Of a DNA stretch of 64,000 bases, positions 42,368-54,900 are shown in pieces. A program made the translations under genes and the position numbers. The notes under the pieces are model-generated. The model searched no databases. It was not told the origin of the DNA and saw nothing but the letters and a program-made list of their open reading frames with translations. The stretch's first letter is position 1. Each line of letters opens with the position of its first letter. Source of the DNA: the human T2T-CHM13v2.0 reference genome, Homo sapiens; assembly GCF_009914755.1 (NCBI RefSeq), contig NC_060935.1, one strand, 5' to 3'.

Positions 42368-42478
42368 TTTTTTCTTCACTTTCTTTGCAGCACACCAACA
42401 TGGCACATGTATACATATGTAACAAACCTGCACGTTGTGCACATGTACCCTAGAACTTAAAGTATAATTTAAATAAAA
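42368..42478. mobile_element. ~110-bp young L1PA (PA4/5-like) 3' insertion, probably 5'-inverted
   Basis: gcagcacaccaacatggcacatgtatacatatgtaacaaacctgcacgttgtgcacatgtaccctagaacttaaagtataa; 14/16 TSD. Confidence 0.88.
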
Positions 42479-43780
42479 GGAGAAAGGAGTTCTTATACAC
42501 TGTCAGTTTGGAATATAAATGAGCAAAGCCACTATGAAAATCAGTATGAATTCTCAGAAAACAAAAAATAGAACTACCATATGATTTAGTAATTCCAGAC
42601 TGGATATCTATCTAAAAGAAAAGAAATTATTACATCAAAAGAATACCTGGACTCATATTTATTGCAGCACTATTCACAATAACCAAACTACGGAGTTAAT
42701 CTAAGTGTCCATCAATGGATGAATGAATACAGAAAATGTGGTATATACACAAAATGAAGCATATGAGCCATGGTACTTAAGAAATGTTATATTCCTTAAA
42801 ATAAGTTTTCCAAATTAATTTAAAATTTATTATTATGTCCTTGGTGAAGGTCACAAAATGAGACACTGAGTATTTTGTATATATAATTCAGTGTAATCCA
42901 CTAAAGATTATACTTTTTTTGTAACAGCATTCTGGTCAATGCTGACTCCTGAATTCTTTTGCTCTGTGTTTAACTATAATTAAATTGCTGAAGCATAGAG
43001 GCAGTTACTAAGCTAGAAAGCAACTTTTCCACATGACTCATTAAAGAGATCTGATGCTCAGCCTAAACACGTGATGAGATTAAATGTGATGAAAGCTGAT
43101 TGTGTGCTCTCTAAATTGTTTTAGGAAATTGCTTAACAGAAATTATTCCAAAAATTCAACCTCAAAGATAACTGAGCTTGCACTGAGTTGCCAGATTTAG
43201 GTTGAGCAAAAGAAAAGATGAGCAAAAACATACTTAGATATAAGTCATCAAATGGAAAAATAAGACTGCACTAAAAAGAGCATTTCTGACGGTTTCATGT
43301 GTGAAACTCAAATTCTGTGCCCCTAAATTCTATTTTGTTGAGACACTATATGTATATACCTTAGATTTACACACTTACCCCACAAATATTTCATTTTTAT
43401 TTGTATATTTTTGTATATTATTAAAAGAAATTATTGAAATAAATTGAGTATTATCCTAAGAAAACAAACATCAGAATAATAATCAACATAGCACCAGTAA
43501 TACTAATCTTGAATGTGTCCCTAAAAGATCAGAAAAATGTTTGAAACTCTACAATAAATTCTATGCAAAAGTAAGGTGCACAATTTAGGGAAGTAATATT
43601 TTTCTGCTATTACAACAATTCCAGAGTAGGTTGGACAACCTGGGCTAGATTCTGCCAATCTGGTTGTATAATTTCGTGTGTGATTCTCTAAAGAATAATA
43701 AATTATCACTGACAATGTCATATAGAGAAGACCTTAAAACCAGAAGGAAATGTATCTACATATAGAGTGAAATTTCCAGG

Positions 43781-45402
43781 TTTTTTTTTTTCTTTTATTT
43801 TAGGTTCTGGGATACACATGCATAACATGCAGGTTTGTTACATAGGTATATGTGTGCCATGGTGGTTTGCTGCCCCTATTGACCCGTCCTCTAAGTTCCC
43901 TCCCCTTACCCCCCATGCCCCAACAGGCCTGGTGTGTGTTGTTCCCCTCCCTGTGTCCATGTATTCTCATTGTTCAACTCCCACTTTTGTGTAAGAACAT
44001 GCGGTTTTTGGTTTTCTGTTCCTGTGTTAGTTTGCTGAGGTTGATGGCTTTCAGCTTCATCCATGTCCCTGAATAGGACATGATCTCATTCCTTTTTTTG
44101 GCTGCATAGTATTCCATGGTGTATATGTAACACATTTTCTTTATCCAGTCTATCACTGATGGGCATTTTGGTTGATTCCATGTCTTTGCTATGCATATGT
44201 TCATTGCAGCAGTATTCACAATAGCAAAGACATGGAATAGACATAGTGCTGCAATGAACATATGCATGTATCGTTGTAATGGAATTATTATATTCCTTTG
44301 GGGATATACCCAGTAATGGGTCGAATGGTATTTCTGGTTCTAGACCTTAGAGGAATCACCACACTGTCTTCCACAATGGTTGAACTAATTTACATTCCCA
44401 CCAACAGTGTAAAAGCATTTCTATTTATCTGCAACCTTGCCAGCATCCATTGTTTCTTGACTTTTTAATAATCATGATTCTGACTGGCATAAGGTGCTAT
44501 CTCATTAGGGTTTTGAGTTGCATTTCTCTAACGATCGGTGATGTTGAGCTTCTTTTCATATGTTTGTTGGTTGTGTAAATGTCTTCTTTTGGGAAGTGTC
44601 TATTCATATCCTTTGCCCACTATTTGATGAGGTTGTTTTTTTTTTCTTGTAAATTTGTTTGAGTTCCTTGTAAATTCTTGATATCAGACCTAATATTCCA
44701 TCTTCATGGATATGAATAATCAATATCATGAAAATGGGCATACTGCCCAAAGTAATTTATAGATTCAATGCTATTCACATCAAACTGCTACATTCTTCAC
44801 AGAATTAGAAGAAAAAAAAATACTTTAAATTTCATATGGAACCAAAGAAGAGCCTGTATAGCCAAGACAATCCTAAGCAAAAAGAACGCAGCTGGAGGCA
44901 TCACACTACCTGACTTCAAACTATACTACAAGGCTACAGTAACCAAAACAGCATGGTACTGCTACCAAAACAGACATATAGACCAATGGAGCAGAACAGA
45001 GACCTCATAAATAACACCACACATCTACAACCATCTGATCTTTGACAAACCTGGCAAAAACAAGCAGTGGGAAAAGGATCTCCTATTTAATAAATGGTGT
45101 TTGGAAAACTGGCTAGCCAGATGCAGAATACTGAAACTGGATCCCTTCCTTATACCTTATACGAAAATTAACTCAAGATGGATTAAAGACTTGAATGTAA
45201 ACCCAAAACCATAAAAATCCTAGAAGAAAACCTAGGCAATACCATTCATGACATAGGTAAAACCTCATGACAAAAATGACAAAAGCAATTGCAGTGAAAG
45301 CCAAAATTGAAAAATGGGATCTAGTTAAACTAAGGACCTTCTTCTCAGTAAAAGAAAATATGATCAGCGTGAACAAGCAACTTCCAGAATGGGAGAAAAT
45401 TT
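43781..45402 (-). mobile_element. L1PA8-like element with 5' inversion (minus 43781-44691, plus 44692-45402)
   Basis: Poly-T plus L1PA 3'UTR; ORF2 peptides KTWNQPKCPS..DWIKKM (minus) and [22 protein letters not shown] (plus). Confidence 0.92.
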
Positions 45403-45804
45403 CCTAAGGATTTAAAGAATGAAGATCTCAGAGGAAAACAGACTACAGCTCCAAAAGCTTACGCAATATTGGATATAGTTTTCTAACCCTCCTGAAGAAA
45501 TATGTATGATGATTTTCTGGATAAATTTAAAATAAGACCATCCTATAAAATACAATTATATCCAATTTACCAAGACCTTAAAACCAGAAGGAAATGAATG
45601 ATGCAAAGGAAATGAAAAAATTGGGGGATGCTAATAGATGGTTATGACACACTGTGTATTTTTAATAGTGTCTATTCTGAGGTTGCATTTGAACAAGACA
45701 GTTGAGTGAGATTTCACTCACCGACCATCATGTAATTACTACAGCGCTCTAAAATCATCTCTTAGTGGTTAAAGAGGGGTTACCTTATTAAGATGTGCAC
45801 CTAC

Positions 45805-48800
45805 ATAATCTTGCTGTTGTTGGATATAGTATTCTATAACTGTCACTCAGACCAAGTTGAATAATAGTGCTGTTCAGGTAAATATGTAGTTAATCATTTT
45901 TTGCTTATGGGATTTATTTACTACTGAATAAGAGATGTTGAATTCTCCAACTATTATAGTGAATTTGTCTATTTCTCCTTGAGATCTATCAGGGTTTGCT
46001 TTACAAATTTGATGCTATGTTGCTAGGTACATATACATTAAGACATTTTTAAATCTTCTTGAATATTGACCTTTTTATTATTTGCTGTGTCTTTTTATTT
46101 CTATAATTTGTTTTGTTCTGAAGTCTGCTTTTTCTGAAATTGACATAGACACTCCAGCTTTATTGGTTAGTATTAACATGTGATCCCTTACTTTTAGCTT
46201 ATTTTTGTCTTTACATTAAAAGTGAGTTTATGTGGAATCATATAGCTATTTGATTTTTTCTTTTACCCATTACAGTAATAATCCTTGTCTTTTAATTAGC
46301 ATATTTAGACAATTTATATTTAAAGTAATTATCAATATAGTTGAGTTAGTATCTTTGCATCTTATCTTCCTTCTTTGGCATTTATTGAACACTTTGCATA
46401 ATTTAATTTTTTCTCTTCTCTTGAAATATCAGTCTTTCTTTAAAAGCATTACTGATTGTTCTAGAGTTGATTAAATGCATTTACAACTATTCCATATCCA
46501 CCCAAAAATAACACTATTCTGCCTTCCCTGTCATGCAAGTAACTTATAAAGTAGTCTTATAAAATGCTTATAAAATATTCTTATAAAGGTATACTCAAAT
46601 CTTCTTTGTTATCTCTTATGACATTCCTACAATTCATTTTACTTATCCTTATGTTATAATCACCTAATACATTGTTACTGTTATTACTCTAACTAAACAT
46701 TTACTTTTCCAGTCAATTAAAAATAAATAAGACAGAATATTTTATCTTTATTTATTAACTAATATCTTTTCATTCCTTATGCAGATTCAAGATTATTATC
46801 ATTCTCTCTAAAGAACTTTTAAAAATATTTTTTGCAGGGCAAGTATGCTGGTAATCATTTTCCTGAAAGTCCTTATTTCTTGTTCACTTTTGAAGTTTAA
46901 TTTCACTGCATAGTGAATTCAAGGCTTTTTTTTTTTCCTTTCAACATCTTACATATTTTATCCATTCTCTTCTTGGTTACACAGTTTCTGTTAAAGGTTT
47001 GCTATAATCTTATCTGTATACATGTATAGGTAAGGTTTGTATTCCCCTTTTTCAATTTTTTACTCTTTCTGATACTATATTACGTGTTTTTATAGTTGTA
47101 CCACTTCTTAGATGTTTTGTTATATTTTTCTTTGCTATTTTTTTGATTTGCATTTAGTTAAGCAAATATTTATTGACAAATATTCAAGCTCATGTATGGT
47201 TCCCTTGGCTGGGTCTAGTCTACTATAGACATTCTTTATTTCTGTCACAGTTGTTTGTGTTTTTTTTTTTTTTTTCAATTTCTAGCCTTTTCTTTTGGTA
47301 CTTCTTAGTGTTTTCATCTCTGTGCTTATATTACCCATCTGTTCTTGCATGTTGTTTATTTTTTAAAGTAGAGTACTTAACATATTAATTATAGTTATTG
47401 TAAGTGGTTTGCTCAAAACTTCAAAATCTGTCATATCTGAGTCAGATCTGATGCTTTCTTTGTTCATTCAGGCTTTTTTTTTTTTTCATCATTGAGCGTA
47501 TCTCAATTTCTTGTTGAAAGTAGGGCTTGATGTTCTAAGTAATAGAAACCGAGATAAACAGGCCTTTATTGTGAGGTTTTAAGTTAATCAGGCTAGAGCT
47601 GGGTTGTGTTTAATGCTTGCCATGGCTGCAGGTACTAGAGGCTTCCAATTTCTCTACTGCCGTTGTTTTTGTTTTCTTTCCCAATGTCTTTGAACTTCCT
47701 GAAAACTCCTAAAATAGATTCTGCATCTTGCAGCTCTGCCAACTTTAATCTTCTGTCACAATACTGGAGCTCTATTGTTGGTGGAAAGATATAAGGAAGG
47801 GCAAGTGTTCTATAATATTATGATTAAATTTTATCTTTTAGTTGGCCTGTGTTCCTATGCTGTGGTCTTAACAAGAGTATCTTAGTTTATTTTCTTTTTC
47901 CCTTAGAAGAAACATGAAGACTAGAGGTGTGTGGAAGCAGAGAAATGCCAGTCTCTTAGACTGGATTAGGATCTAGTAAAGTTGTTTGCTTGTTTTTTTG
48001 CTTGTTTAACATACAGAGCAGATCTTTATTATTAAAAATATTTAGAGTATTTCACAGTGATTATTTTTCCTTTACTCTCAGCAGATCCCCAAGAGTATCA
48101 TTTTGGTTCTTCACCCTTACATTCTGATGGAATTTCGGGAGGCAAAAAGCCATGAAATTACGGGGAATTCCCTGAGACTGAGGGGTCAAGAGTTTCTTAC
48201 TCTTATGCTAGTCCACACTCAGCCTCGCTCAGTTCATAGAAATTACCATTTAAGTGTTCTTACCAGTTTACAAATCTGGCAGCTTTACTGCAAGGTAAGC
48301 AGATCTCAATTGTAGTTTCTCTATATTAGCTTGTTTTCCAGGTTTTTGGGGGAGGGTTTTCCCCACAACCACAGTTCTCTGACAGGCCCAAAAACATCAT
48401 TAATTTTCAATTTGTTCACCTTGTTTTCTGGTTGTAAGGACAGATGACAACTTCCAAGTTCTGAATTTTTTTGGAGCTGAAACCAGAAGTCCTAATTATA
48501 TTTAGTTTTTTTAAATTTTACTATTATTATTACATTTGTTACCATTGTATCCTCTTAGGTGACACAGGAAAGTTAGAGTTGCTAGAATTGGGAGAAATTC
48601 TCTTTGCCTATCTTGGGCCTCCATTCAGAATTGCGTCCTGCCAAAGCCTTTCCGCTACCGTGTAAGTCTTCTTTATAAATAAGGCTCACGTTATATTTCA
48701 TAATATTTACTCTTTTTCTTTCTCTTTCAGGGCAAGGAAAATATTTCACATATTTTCACTATGAGAAACTGATAGGTTTCTAATACTGTACTATTATTAT

Positions 48801-49535
48801 TATTAGAAACTGTAGTATTATTGGAAACTGTAGTTTCCTATACAGATTCTAGATAGAACCTGTATTAGACTGTTCAGTCTGCCATAACAAAACATTGAGT
48901 GACTTAAATAACATAAATGTATTTTCTCCAAGTCCCGAAGGCTGGAAGCCAGAGATCAGTGTGCCAGCATGGTTGGTTTCTCATGAAGGCCCTCTTCTTG
49001 TCTTGCGGCCATCTCATATTGTGTTGTCACATGGTAGTTATCTCTCTCTCCCTCTCTCCCTCATCCTTTCTCTATTACATTTTCTTATAAAGCCACTAAT
49101 CTTATCAGAAGGATATCACTCTTGTAATCTAATATAATTCTGATACCACCAAATCTTCCACCTCTAAATAGCATTACATTTGGGATTAGTTCTTCAACAT
49201 ATATATTTGGGGAGACACAAACATTTCATTCATAATAAATGCCAATGTTCATGTAGGGGACCCCATAAATTATGGCCCCAAGAGTTTCTCATTCTCATGC
49301 TAGTCTATAGTCAATCCCTAGACATTCTTTAATATGACCATGTATATTTCCCTTCATCAGTTTCTGTCCTGGGTAAAGAGATGGCAATTTGACCTGCACC
49401 CTATTATTTGATGTGTCTTTTAAAAAGTTACTGATAGTTGGTATTTTTTTTTACTTTTGTTTTTGTTGTTGCTGTAAAGATAGGAATGTGGACTTCTTAG
49501 TGCTTTACATGCCAGAGCTAAAACCGGAATTCTAG
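45805..49535 (-). mobile_element. Old L1M (L1MC/MD-type) ORF2 start, ORF1 relic and 5'UTR with repeated units; interrupted by MLT1
   Basis: tctccaactattatagtgaatttgtctatttctcctt; unit ends ggagctgaaaccagaagtc (~48490) and agagctaaaaccggaa (~49528). Confidence 0.72.
48861..49237 (-). mobile_element. MLT1A-type LTR
   Basis: tgtattagactgttcagtctgccataacaaa...ggagacacaaacatttcattcataata. Confidence 0.82.
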
Positions 49536-50014
49536 GATGACTTTTTAGTTTAGTCTTGCTCACTTAGTATTCTAACACATGAGTGTTGAAGTGCTTTCCA
49601 TATTGTTAACCTCATGCATGGCTTGCTGTTTTCTGTACTTTCCATGACATTTTTATGGATCTCAACATTGCTTTGTGGGTCTCAGCTCAATTGTTTTAGC
49701 ATTTGTTTGCCCATTCTATCTTTTTCTAATAGAGAGAAGACATGAATCTGACTTATAATTGATCATCTGATTTGTTGAAAGTCATGGGGCAAATTTTACA
49801 CATGGGGAAATTTAAGACCTAGAAATATGTATTAATTTTTCAAGATCACCTAGCTAATTTATGAATGAAAACAAACACCTGCACAACTTGTATTTTTAAA
49901 TATCTCACTATGTTAATACAGATTATTTTAATAATAAGCTATAAGTCAATTACTTCTAAATTACTGGAATCTTTCATAATGCATATAGCCATATTCATTA
50001 ACATTTGGGTATTT

Positions 50015-50400
50015 TAAGGTTTGCAGTTAATAATTGAAAATCTGACCAATGCAGCTTAAAGACATATAAGTTTGTTATCTTACAGAATAAGAAATCCGGA
50101 TGTAGGCAGTCCAGAGTGGGTTCAGTAGCACAAAGGTGCTACTGGCAATAACAATTATCTAGCTTTTACTCTGCTAATTTTAGCATTTAGTCTCATCATT
50201 GGGTTGATGAGTGTGTAGTCCTCAACTGACACTGGAAATTTACATCTGGGTGATAAAGGAAAAGGAAAAATGATGAAGAGTAAAAGGTAAGATTTTACCT
50301 TTATATACATGGTATTTTGTTCTCATTAGTCAGAAATAAGCAAAGTGATATATTTGAGACGCAAGGGAGAGTGAGAATCAAATATTTTTATTTCTAGCCT
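50015..50400 (-). mobile_element. Old MLT1 (J/K-like) LTR fragment
   Basis: gcttaaagac...aataagaaatccggatgtaggcagtccagag. Confidence 0.55.
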
Positions 50401-50432
50401 TTATAGTGAAGGGAGAGAGGCAAGGGAGACGA

Positions 50433-51060
50433 GTGTTGAGTCAACAACTCCCAAACCCTACAAATCAATACCCAGGGAGTATTTCTTACATATATAGACA
50501 TGAGTCCTATAAGAGCAAATGTTATGCTTTTTCTTTTAGCTTCAAACTCATCTCTATTCTTCGTTGTGCTAGAGCTGAGACTTTGCAAATCAAATTTCTA
50601 TTTTTCCAGCTGGTTCCCTCTTAGGTTATGCCAGTAGAATGGTGCTAGAGAGAGAGAGAGAGGCCAGAGGAGAGGGGAAGGATTTGCTACCTTTGTTTTG
50701 CTTCCTGCTAATATCAACCCAGTCGCCCTTCACTCTGTCAGCAACTGTTGTGTCCATTTTACAGGTTATAATTCTTTTCATATCCCAAAAGACTAGTATC
50801 ATCATGCTTCCTCAAAGACATCAGCAGCAGCTGGATGATCCCCAGATGAACTGGGACCCTTGTCCATCACCCTATGGTCTCTCACCACTAGTAGGCAGCA
50901 ACCCTCCATCCCAACTCTGCAGTAACCCTTCTCTAAATTTCTAAATTATAGTAATCCTAATCTCTTCCCTCTGTTCTTTGTCCATGAAGACAAAAGCTGC
51001 TTTTGCATTTATTACCTCTATATCAAGTTAGTGCTTCCTTATTGCTTTTCCAATTCTCTC
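50433..51060 (+). mobile_element. LTR33-like ERVL LTR
   Basis: gctagagctgagactttgcaaa...tttccagctggttccctcttaggttatgccagtaga..ggtgctagag. Confidence 0.6.
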
Positions 51061-51562
51061 TCAAATGCTGATGTCTCCATGACACAGATACTCAAAGGTT
51101 CAAATGTGTTTTTTTTGTTTTGTTTTGTGATAAGCTTGAGTGTGTCCTTGAGCTGAATTGAAACTCTTGAAAATGGAAAATGACATGATAAAAATCCATG
51201 TCATACTGTGGCATCATGACTAATCCAATTATCATCTGTGGTTGATTGTGATAATGTCCTTCCTTGAAAAAAGTTCTTTGAAGAACAAAATGGCTATTAT
51301 GCCCTTAGCTATTGCAGCAATGACAATGACCATAAGGATCATAGAGTGAGATGCTTTTCTTGATTACACTGAAATTCTTATAAAGAATAAAATAATAATA
51401 AACTCAAATTTTAAAATTGTCAGCTTAAGTCTTGGTCTGGAAACTAGAGAACTTCTATGGTGACCCTAAAAGAACCTCTTATTTTTGTAGCTTCAAGGTT
51501 GATGTCACTGACATTGTATGTTCTATAGAATTGCTACCTAAGTTGATTTTCAATGTGGATGC

Positions 51563-51953
51563 TGTGATGTGCTGGCCAAATCCCCCTTGAACAATCAATA
51601 CCTTAAGTCTTCCATCTGCTGGCAGTGCTAGTTGATCAATCTTAGTTGTGTCATTACCTTTGGGGAATAATTGGACTGTATAAAAATATGTCTCCAAGGT
51701 CATGCCTCATTCCAGAGGCGTTCTGCATCTCCAGTGACTGATTGATTCTGTTGGCTAAAAACCCGGTCCTCTCAATACCACTTGGTGTAATGCTGAAGAG
51801 ATGTCTTAGCTTCTAAGCTCCTCATAGGATTATCTAAGGCTTAATTGTGCTTCTTTTCCCTGCTTGCCACAAATGTTATTACAAGCATTTTCTAATAATT
51901 GTGCTGCTTAACTTTCTTTGAAACTTTGCTTCTCAGGAAATCCAACCTGTGAC
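51563..51953 (+). mobile_element. LTR16-like ERVL LTR
   Basis: ccaaggtcatgcctcattcc...ccagtgactga...tgcttctcaggaaatccaacctgtgac end. Confidence 0.65.
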
Positions 51954-53032
51954 CAATTCACAGGCTTACCAAGTCTCTAATGTAAAAGAAAGATGAGATA
52001 ATGTCATTGGCTAGGAAAATACTGAGACTGTGAGATGTGAAATAATAACATCTATGCGGACATAGAAAAAATTGTGTATCTTGAACTTCCAGGCCACTCT
52101 GAACCTCCAATCACAGTAGAAGCATACTATCTTCTTCTGTCTGACTATATTTGTCTTCTCTCCATAAATTATCCTGAAATAATCTACCCTTGTAAGTTAA
52201 TAAGCAGATACCTATTTTCCTTGAGACACATCACAATTAATTCCTGCCATGAGACCCACATTGGGAGTCAGATGTAAATATATACCAGGGAGGAAAATAC
52301 AAAATCTGACCCTAAAATAAATATTTTATATACTTCTTAAATAATTAAAATGTTTCTTCCAATTTATATGGTCATGAAATTTGTGACACAGAAATGTGTT
52401 GCAAATTATATTTGGGGATGGATTATGTTTGGGGATGGATTCTAAGGTCAATAGTCCATGGAAAATGGAATATTTGCACTGAATTGGGTGAAATTTACTC
52501 ATGAGCATATTTAGCAGAGATTCTGGATTTCTTTTGTTAGATTATGTAGCTGGAAGTTTAAAAAATTATGTGGCTGATTGGCTGAAATTGAAATTCAATA
52601 GTGGCCTGCATTTAATGAAGCTGAGATGCCAGAATTTCTTGTCATAATGTAGAGGACAAAATCCAAAAGTTTTGGAAGACAGGAGCACTTGTTTTAATTT
52701 GTTGTGGATGTACTATACAACCATACTCCCCGCATTACACTTCTCAAGAAGGTCCAGGAGACACTGTCTTCACGAAGGCATTGAAAAGTAATTAGCAAAG
52801 GGAGCACCAATATCTCAGAAAAGCTCTTTGAGAGCTGCCTCCATAGACTGTAACAGTAGGAAATGTCACTCTAGAGATGTTCTCCTTAATATCAATAATG
52901 GTGCTAAATTTGTGGAATAGCAGAGACCAAGTGGCAGTGAGTGTTTCACTGAGATGATTGAAATAGCTAACTGATTAAATTGTCCCTAGGACTGAAAAAT
53001 AAATAACAATTGGTTAGGTATTATTTGTTTTA

Positions 53033-53530
53033 TGCATTAGTTTCCGATTGCTGCTATAACAAATTATCTCAGACTTAATGACGATAAGCAAGACACATTT
53101 ATTATATAACAGTCCTGGAGGTCAAAAGTCCTTAAATCCAATTCCATCAGGCATGGTTGCATTTCTTCTGGAGGCTCTAAGGGATGATATGTTCTTTTTC
53201 CATTTTCAGTTTCTACAGGGTACCTTTATTTCTTGGCATATGACCCCTTCCTCCATCTTCAATCGTCAAGTCCAACAACGTTACATCTTCAAATCTCTCT
53301 CTCTTTCTCTCTTTCTCTGTCTGTCTGATCTCTGTTTCTGTCATCACAACTTATCCCCCTCTGTTTCCATCGTTGCATGGCCTTCTTTAACTCAGTTCCT
53401 CCTACCACTTTATAAGAAACTTTGAAATTATATTGGATTTGCCTGGACAATCCCCCAATCTCAACAGTCTTAACCACATATACAAAGTTTTTTTTGTCAC
53501 ATAAGGTAACATATTTATAGGTTTCAAAGA
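53033..53530 (-). mobile_element. MLT1D/E-like LTR
   Basis: tgcattagtttccgattgctgctataacaaatt...tctggaggctctaaggg...cataaggtaacatattt. Confidence 0.82.
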
Positions 53531-54479
53531 TATAATTTTATGCATAAGTTCAAGCTGCAGTGAGTCTAGTAAATTCACAGACCTATCCTATGATTATTTC
53601 CCTAGTTACTGAAAGTATAATTCAATTACTATATACCTTAGACTTTCACTACAAGATACAAATCTAATAAGAGGTTCTATCTCTAGTTGATTTAATGAAG
53701 TCATAAAAATTAGAGAGATATCCAATTGCAAGAATAATGATAAAGGAGAATTAATTTTATTTTCAATACCATCAATAATTTACTTTGGATATGAAACAAG
53801 AGTACTCAAAAAAATCACAATGAAAGCCATGAATGCTGATTATGAGAAACATAGCTTCTTCATCAAGGACCTTTTCACTGACCTTCAGTAAAACCAAGAA
53901 CATCATAGCAACAAAGGGCTATGTACTATACTCAGGAAAACCATTTATTTGCACTGGAGGCAACTGTTCTTGAGAGAGGAAAAGTAAATTGTCCAAGATG
54001 TAACATCTTATAAATAGCAAAGCAAGGATGAAAATTATTATATTTTACTAAATCAGTATGAGAATCCTGATTCTTCATTATTATATCCCCAACACTCTAT
54101 CAGTTTGTTGAACAAATCAACAAATAAGCTTGAATAAAGGATCCACATCTCAATTCTCCTCCACCATTCTATATTGCCCTTCATCCCTACATTAAAATGA
54201 TTATTTCTGCTTTTTTTCTTTAACAATTTATCCCTAAAGTAACTAGAAAGGCCATGCAAGGCACATATTCATGCCAGGGTGGGAGAGGAGAGTCATAGTT
54301 TTGCAAAGTAGAGTGTTGGAGGCCAACCAAGTGACCAGCATATCCAGAAGAAAAGATGGTTGCATGCTGCAGAATACTGATGCCCGGTGCATGGTGAGAA
54401 ATGCTTCTGTGTGGGAAAAAGATCATGCATGAGATTTTAAAGTACAAATGAAAAGTTTGATAAGTGTAATATTTAGCCA

Positions 54480-54900
54480 CTCACATTTACTCCACTAAAA
54501 ATACTAATTACATAGAGAAATAATAATAATCTTAAAGTGAAGAAGACTTGAAGAGCTCTCCTTCATGAAGTGATCAAACTAAACATCAAAAGTAGGAGAA
54601 ACATAAAATCATGTGTAATCTGATAGGATGGAATGAGAACATAGAACATCACTTTAGAGTTCTTCCTGTAAACAATATATAAATTAAATATTATCGTGAG
54701 AAAACATCAGAAAAACAAATTAAGGAGCATTATATAAAATAAGTAAATAAATAATGAGAAGTAGTTGTATTGAAGGAGGTAAAAGAAACATAACAACTAA
54801 ATGCAATGTGTAATTTGGAACTGTATTATTTTCCTGTAAAGGACATGCGTTGGACAACTGGTAAAATTTTGGTACAGAGATTATATGGAACTTATTGAAC
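54480..54900 (+). mobile_element. L1MC-type 3'UTR fragment
   Basis: aagtgatcaaactaaacatc..., gagaaaacatcag, acataacaactaaatgcaatgtgt. Confidence 0.65.

Larger units (their letters stand above)
36163..42765 (+). mobile_element. Near-full-length dead L1MA-class element (L1M2-like 5'UTR ~36163-37930, ORF1 ~37945-38830, ORF2 ~38995-42765); 3'UTR absent
   Basis: 5' aggctttaaggtggctgactaga; colinear ORF1, EN, RT and C-terminal remnants (TTMRYHFTPVRMA); many stops. Confidence 0.9.
51150..53630 (+). mobile_element. Decayed ERVL internal region (gag-like), interrupted by LTR16-like and MLT1 LTRs
   Basis: 52570-52690 resembles ERVL gag W-L-A-E..W-P...E-.-E-M-P motif; 53560-53620 resembles the HPVVISPVPECII motif. 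Confidence 0.7.

Noticed and set aside
36163-42765. Potentially active full-length L1 or CpG-island promoter
   Set aside because: Both ORFs are riddled with stops and frameshifts, CpGs have decayed and the 3' end is missing
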